A stretch of 64,000 bases of DNA from NCBI GenBank assembly GCA_963701965.1, contig OY969695.1:32001-96000 (forward strand). Reading direction: 5' to 3'. This stretch comes from an uncultured Gemmatimonadales bacterium (GTDB lineage: Bacteria; Gemmatimonadota; Gemmatimonadetes; Gemmatimonadales; Gemmatimonadaceae). Under the pieces are notes generated by a model, which was not told where the DNA came from, made no database searches, and worked only from the letters and a program-made list of their open reading frames with translations. Within the stretch, counting starts at the first letter, position 1, and each line of letters opens with the position of its first letter. The position numbers and the translations under genes were made by a program. Shown piece by piece: positions 63,008-64,000 of this stretch.

Positions 63008-64000
63008 TCACACGCCTTGCTTGAGGCTGGCCTCGATGAACGGATCGAGATCGCCGTCGAGCACCTTCTGCGTGTTGCTGATCTCGACGTTGGTGCGCAG
63101 GTCCTTGATCCGGCTCTGGTCGAGGACGTAGCTCCGGATCTGGTGACCCCAGCCGACGTCGGTCTTGGTGTCCTCGAGCTTCTGCTGCGCCGCCATCCGG
63201 ATTCGCATCTCGTGCTCGTAGAGGCGCGAGCGCAGCATCTGCCAGGCTTCGTCGCGGTTGCGATGCTGCGAGCGGTCGTTCTGGCACTGGACGACGATGC
63301 CGGTCGGGATGTGCGTCAGGCGCACCGCCGAGTCGGTCTTGTTGATGTGCTGGCCGCCCGCGCCCGAGGCGCGGAAGGTGTCGGTGCGGACGTCGGCCGG
63401 GTTGATCTCGATCTCGATCGAGTCGTCGACCTCGGGATAGACGAACAGGCTGGCGAAGCTGGTGTGGCGCCCGCCCGCCGAATCGAACGGGCTCTTTCGC
63501 ACCAGCCGGTGCACGCCGGTCTCGGTGCGCAGCAGGCCGAACGCATACTCACCCTCGACCTTGATCGTCGCGCTGCGGATGCCGGCGACGTCGCCGGCGG
63601 TCTCCTCCATCACCTCGGTCTTGAAACCTTTTCGCTCGCAGTACTTGAGGTACTGACGCAGCAGCATCGCCGCCCAGTCGCACGCCTCGGTGCCGCCGGC
63701 GCCGGCCTGGATGTCGATGAAGCAGTTGCTCGGGTCGAGCGGGTTGTTGAACATGCGCCGGAACTCGAGCTCGGCGATCGTCGCCTCGAGCTTGGCGGCG
63801 TCGGCCTCGATCGCGACGAGGCCGTCGAAGTCCGACTCCTCCTTCGACATCTCGTAGAGCTCGCTGTTGTCGGCGAGGTTGGAGGTGAGGTGGTCGATCG
63901 TCGTGACCACCGTGTCGAGCGTTCGCTTCTCGCGGCCGAGTTCCTGGGCGCGCTTCGGCTCGTTCCAGACGTTCGGATTCTCGAGGGCGGCGTTGACCTC
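63008..64000 (-). CDS. prfB: peptide chain release factor 2, 5' end beyond the window
   Basis: SPF stop-recognition motif, [11 protein letters not shown]. Confidence 0.97.
   Translation of the reverse strand, partial: EVNAALENPNVWNEPKRAQELGREKRTLDTVVTTIDHLTSNLADNSELYEMSKEESDFDGLVAIEADAAKLEATIAELEFRRMFNNPLDPSNCFIDIQAGAGGTEACDWAAMLLRQYLKYCERKGFKTEVMEETAGDVAGIRSATIKVEGEYAFGLLRTETGVHRLVRKSPFDSAGGRHTSFASLFVYPEVDDSIEIEINPADVRTDTFRASGAGGQHINKTDSAVRLTHIPTGIVVQCQNDRSQHRNRDEAWQMLRSRLYEHEMRIRMAAQQKLEDTKTDVGWGHQIRSYVLDQSRIKDLRTNVEISNTQKVLDGDLDPFIEASLKQGV

Noticed and set aside
63900..64000. prfB programmed +1 frameshift site
   Set aside because: It would lie near the 5' end of the gene, beyond the window

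Overview
High-GC betaproteobacterial DNA (Burkholderiales-like, inferred from gene content and PEP-CTERM genes). Many single-base frameshifts in conserved genes suggest an error-prone long-read assembly. There are four zones. (1) 1-17.6 kb is an accessory island abutting the 3' end of tRNA-Ser(TGA), with a P4-type tyrosine integrase. It carries a Rieske oxygenase, Dps, a serine hydrolase, a HheD-like halohydrin dehalogenase, a GST, a TIR-nSTAND-WD40 protein and a near-symmetric beta-trefoil protein; 11.7 kb of this cargo lies between 748-bp direct repeats. (2) 17.7-30.2 kb looks like core genome: TonB receptor with a His-rich upstream ORF, apaH, a CorC/hemolysin family gene, pcaB, a pcaC-pcaD fusion, a CoxL-like subunit and a PEP-CTERM gene. 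(3) ~30.2-58.9 kb is a mosaic stress/accessory region ending at tRNA-Thr(CGT). It has about 9 sigma54-type promoters, many truncated gene fragments, an IS110 remnant, an ABC transporter and an inverted copy of the tRNA 3' half. (4) 59-64 kb is core: pfkA, pepN, prfB. The strongest leads are a putative sigma54-controlled general-stress regulon, a degenerate palindromic repeat family at module boundaries, the inverted tRNA att copy, and the direct-repeat-flanked TIR-STAND module. Family assignments come from recognising motifs by eye, not from database searches.
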